From contig CAWDOD010000002.1 of NCBI GenBank assembly GCA_963803805.1, positions 1 to 64,000 on the forward strand: a DNA stretch of 64,000 nt, in the 5' to 3' direction. Below, piece after piece: positions 63,424 through 64,000 of this stretch. A model generated the notes under the pieces. That model was given only the letters and a program-made list of their open reading frames with translations. It was not told the DNA's origin and did not search any database. The stretch is from an uncultured cyanobacterium. GTDB taxonomy: Bacteria; Cyanobacteriota; Cyanobacteriia; Cyanobacteriales; CAWCAG01. The translations under genes and the position numbers were made by a program. Every line of letters begins with the position of its first letter. Within the stretch, counting starts at the first letter, position 1.

Positions 63424-64000
63424 TCAATATCCTCCTAATTTACCCTGTTTCTTGGTTTGTCGTTCACTGAATCTAAAAATAGATAAACCTATAGCTAAAG
63501 AAACTAAGCTATTAACAAAAGCCAACCCCAACTCTAACCAATTTAAACTTTCACCTCTAGCCATCAAATCTCTTAATAAACCTGCACCTCCAGTTAGGGG
63601 AATTAACCAACGCCAAACTTGTCCCCACCCTGTCCAAGTTTCTGATGGTGTTGCTAAGACAAAAAGAAAAGCAAATTGAGAAAGATTGACTACTTGTCCA
63701 ATTCTTTTAAATAATAAAACTAAAGCCCCCATAACAAAAGCTAAACCGTAAGCTCCGAGAATAATAGTTGTTAGGGGTAAAATTAGTAGAGGTGGAAAAT
63801 CAAGGCGAGAACCCGTTAAAGCTAAAATGATAATGAGGACTGAAAGTACTAAGGCAAGCTGAATAACGACTGAAGCGATCGCCCGGACAAAAAATACTTT
63901 AACAGCACCGTATAAGGAAAGGAAAACCTGTTCTAATGTTCCTGTTTGAGCTTCATTTTGCAGTTGTGAAGTGGTATTACTCATAATAAATAGAGTTAGA
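63424..64000 (-). CDS. ABC-2 type permease, 5' end beyond the window
   Basis: EAQTGTLEQVFLS, multi-TM; frame open to the window edge. Confidence 0.8.
   Translation of the reverse strand, partial: LTLFIMSNTTSQLQNEAQTGTLEQVFLSLYGAVKVFFVRAIASVVIQLALVLSVLIIILALTGSRLDFPPLLILPLTTIILGAYGLAFVMGALVLLFKRIGQVVNLSQFAFLFVLATPSETWTGWGQVWRWLIPLTGGAGLLRDLMARGESLNWLELGLAFVNSLVSLAIGLSIFRFSERQTKKQGKLGGY

Overview
Cyanobacterial chromosomal segment: psbO, a CpcS/CpeS-family lyase, PII, group 2 and group 3 sigma factors, and many HIP1 GCGATCGC octamers. Mostly core genes (pyk, argD, rdgB, mutS, trmH, fmt, holB, two phosphohexomutases) mixed with accessory loci: a 22-repeat internalin-like LRR gene broken by 5 indels, an orphan DUF2791 (Shango SngB/BrxD-like) ATPase, a RimK ligase/peptidase cluster interrupted by two MITEs and a Uma2 pseudogene, a signalling cluster (GAF-like protein, PAS His kinase, NagB-like protein, Ser/Thr-AAA-GAF-His kinase), an HTH-NACHT protein with upstream direct repeats, and a Ni/Co ECF transporter with a candidate InrS-type operator. 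Best leads: a PilP-like lipoprotein downstream of sigF, the HTH-NACHT locus, the hypervariable LRR array, and an unlisted 56-aa ORF. Several single-base frameshifts fall on GATC/GGCC motifs and may be long-read artefacts. No rRNA, tRNA, CRISPR array, transposase or reverse transcriptase was recognised. All family assignments are from motif recognition, not database searches.
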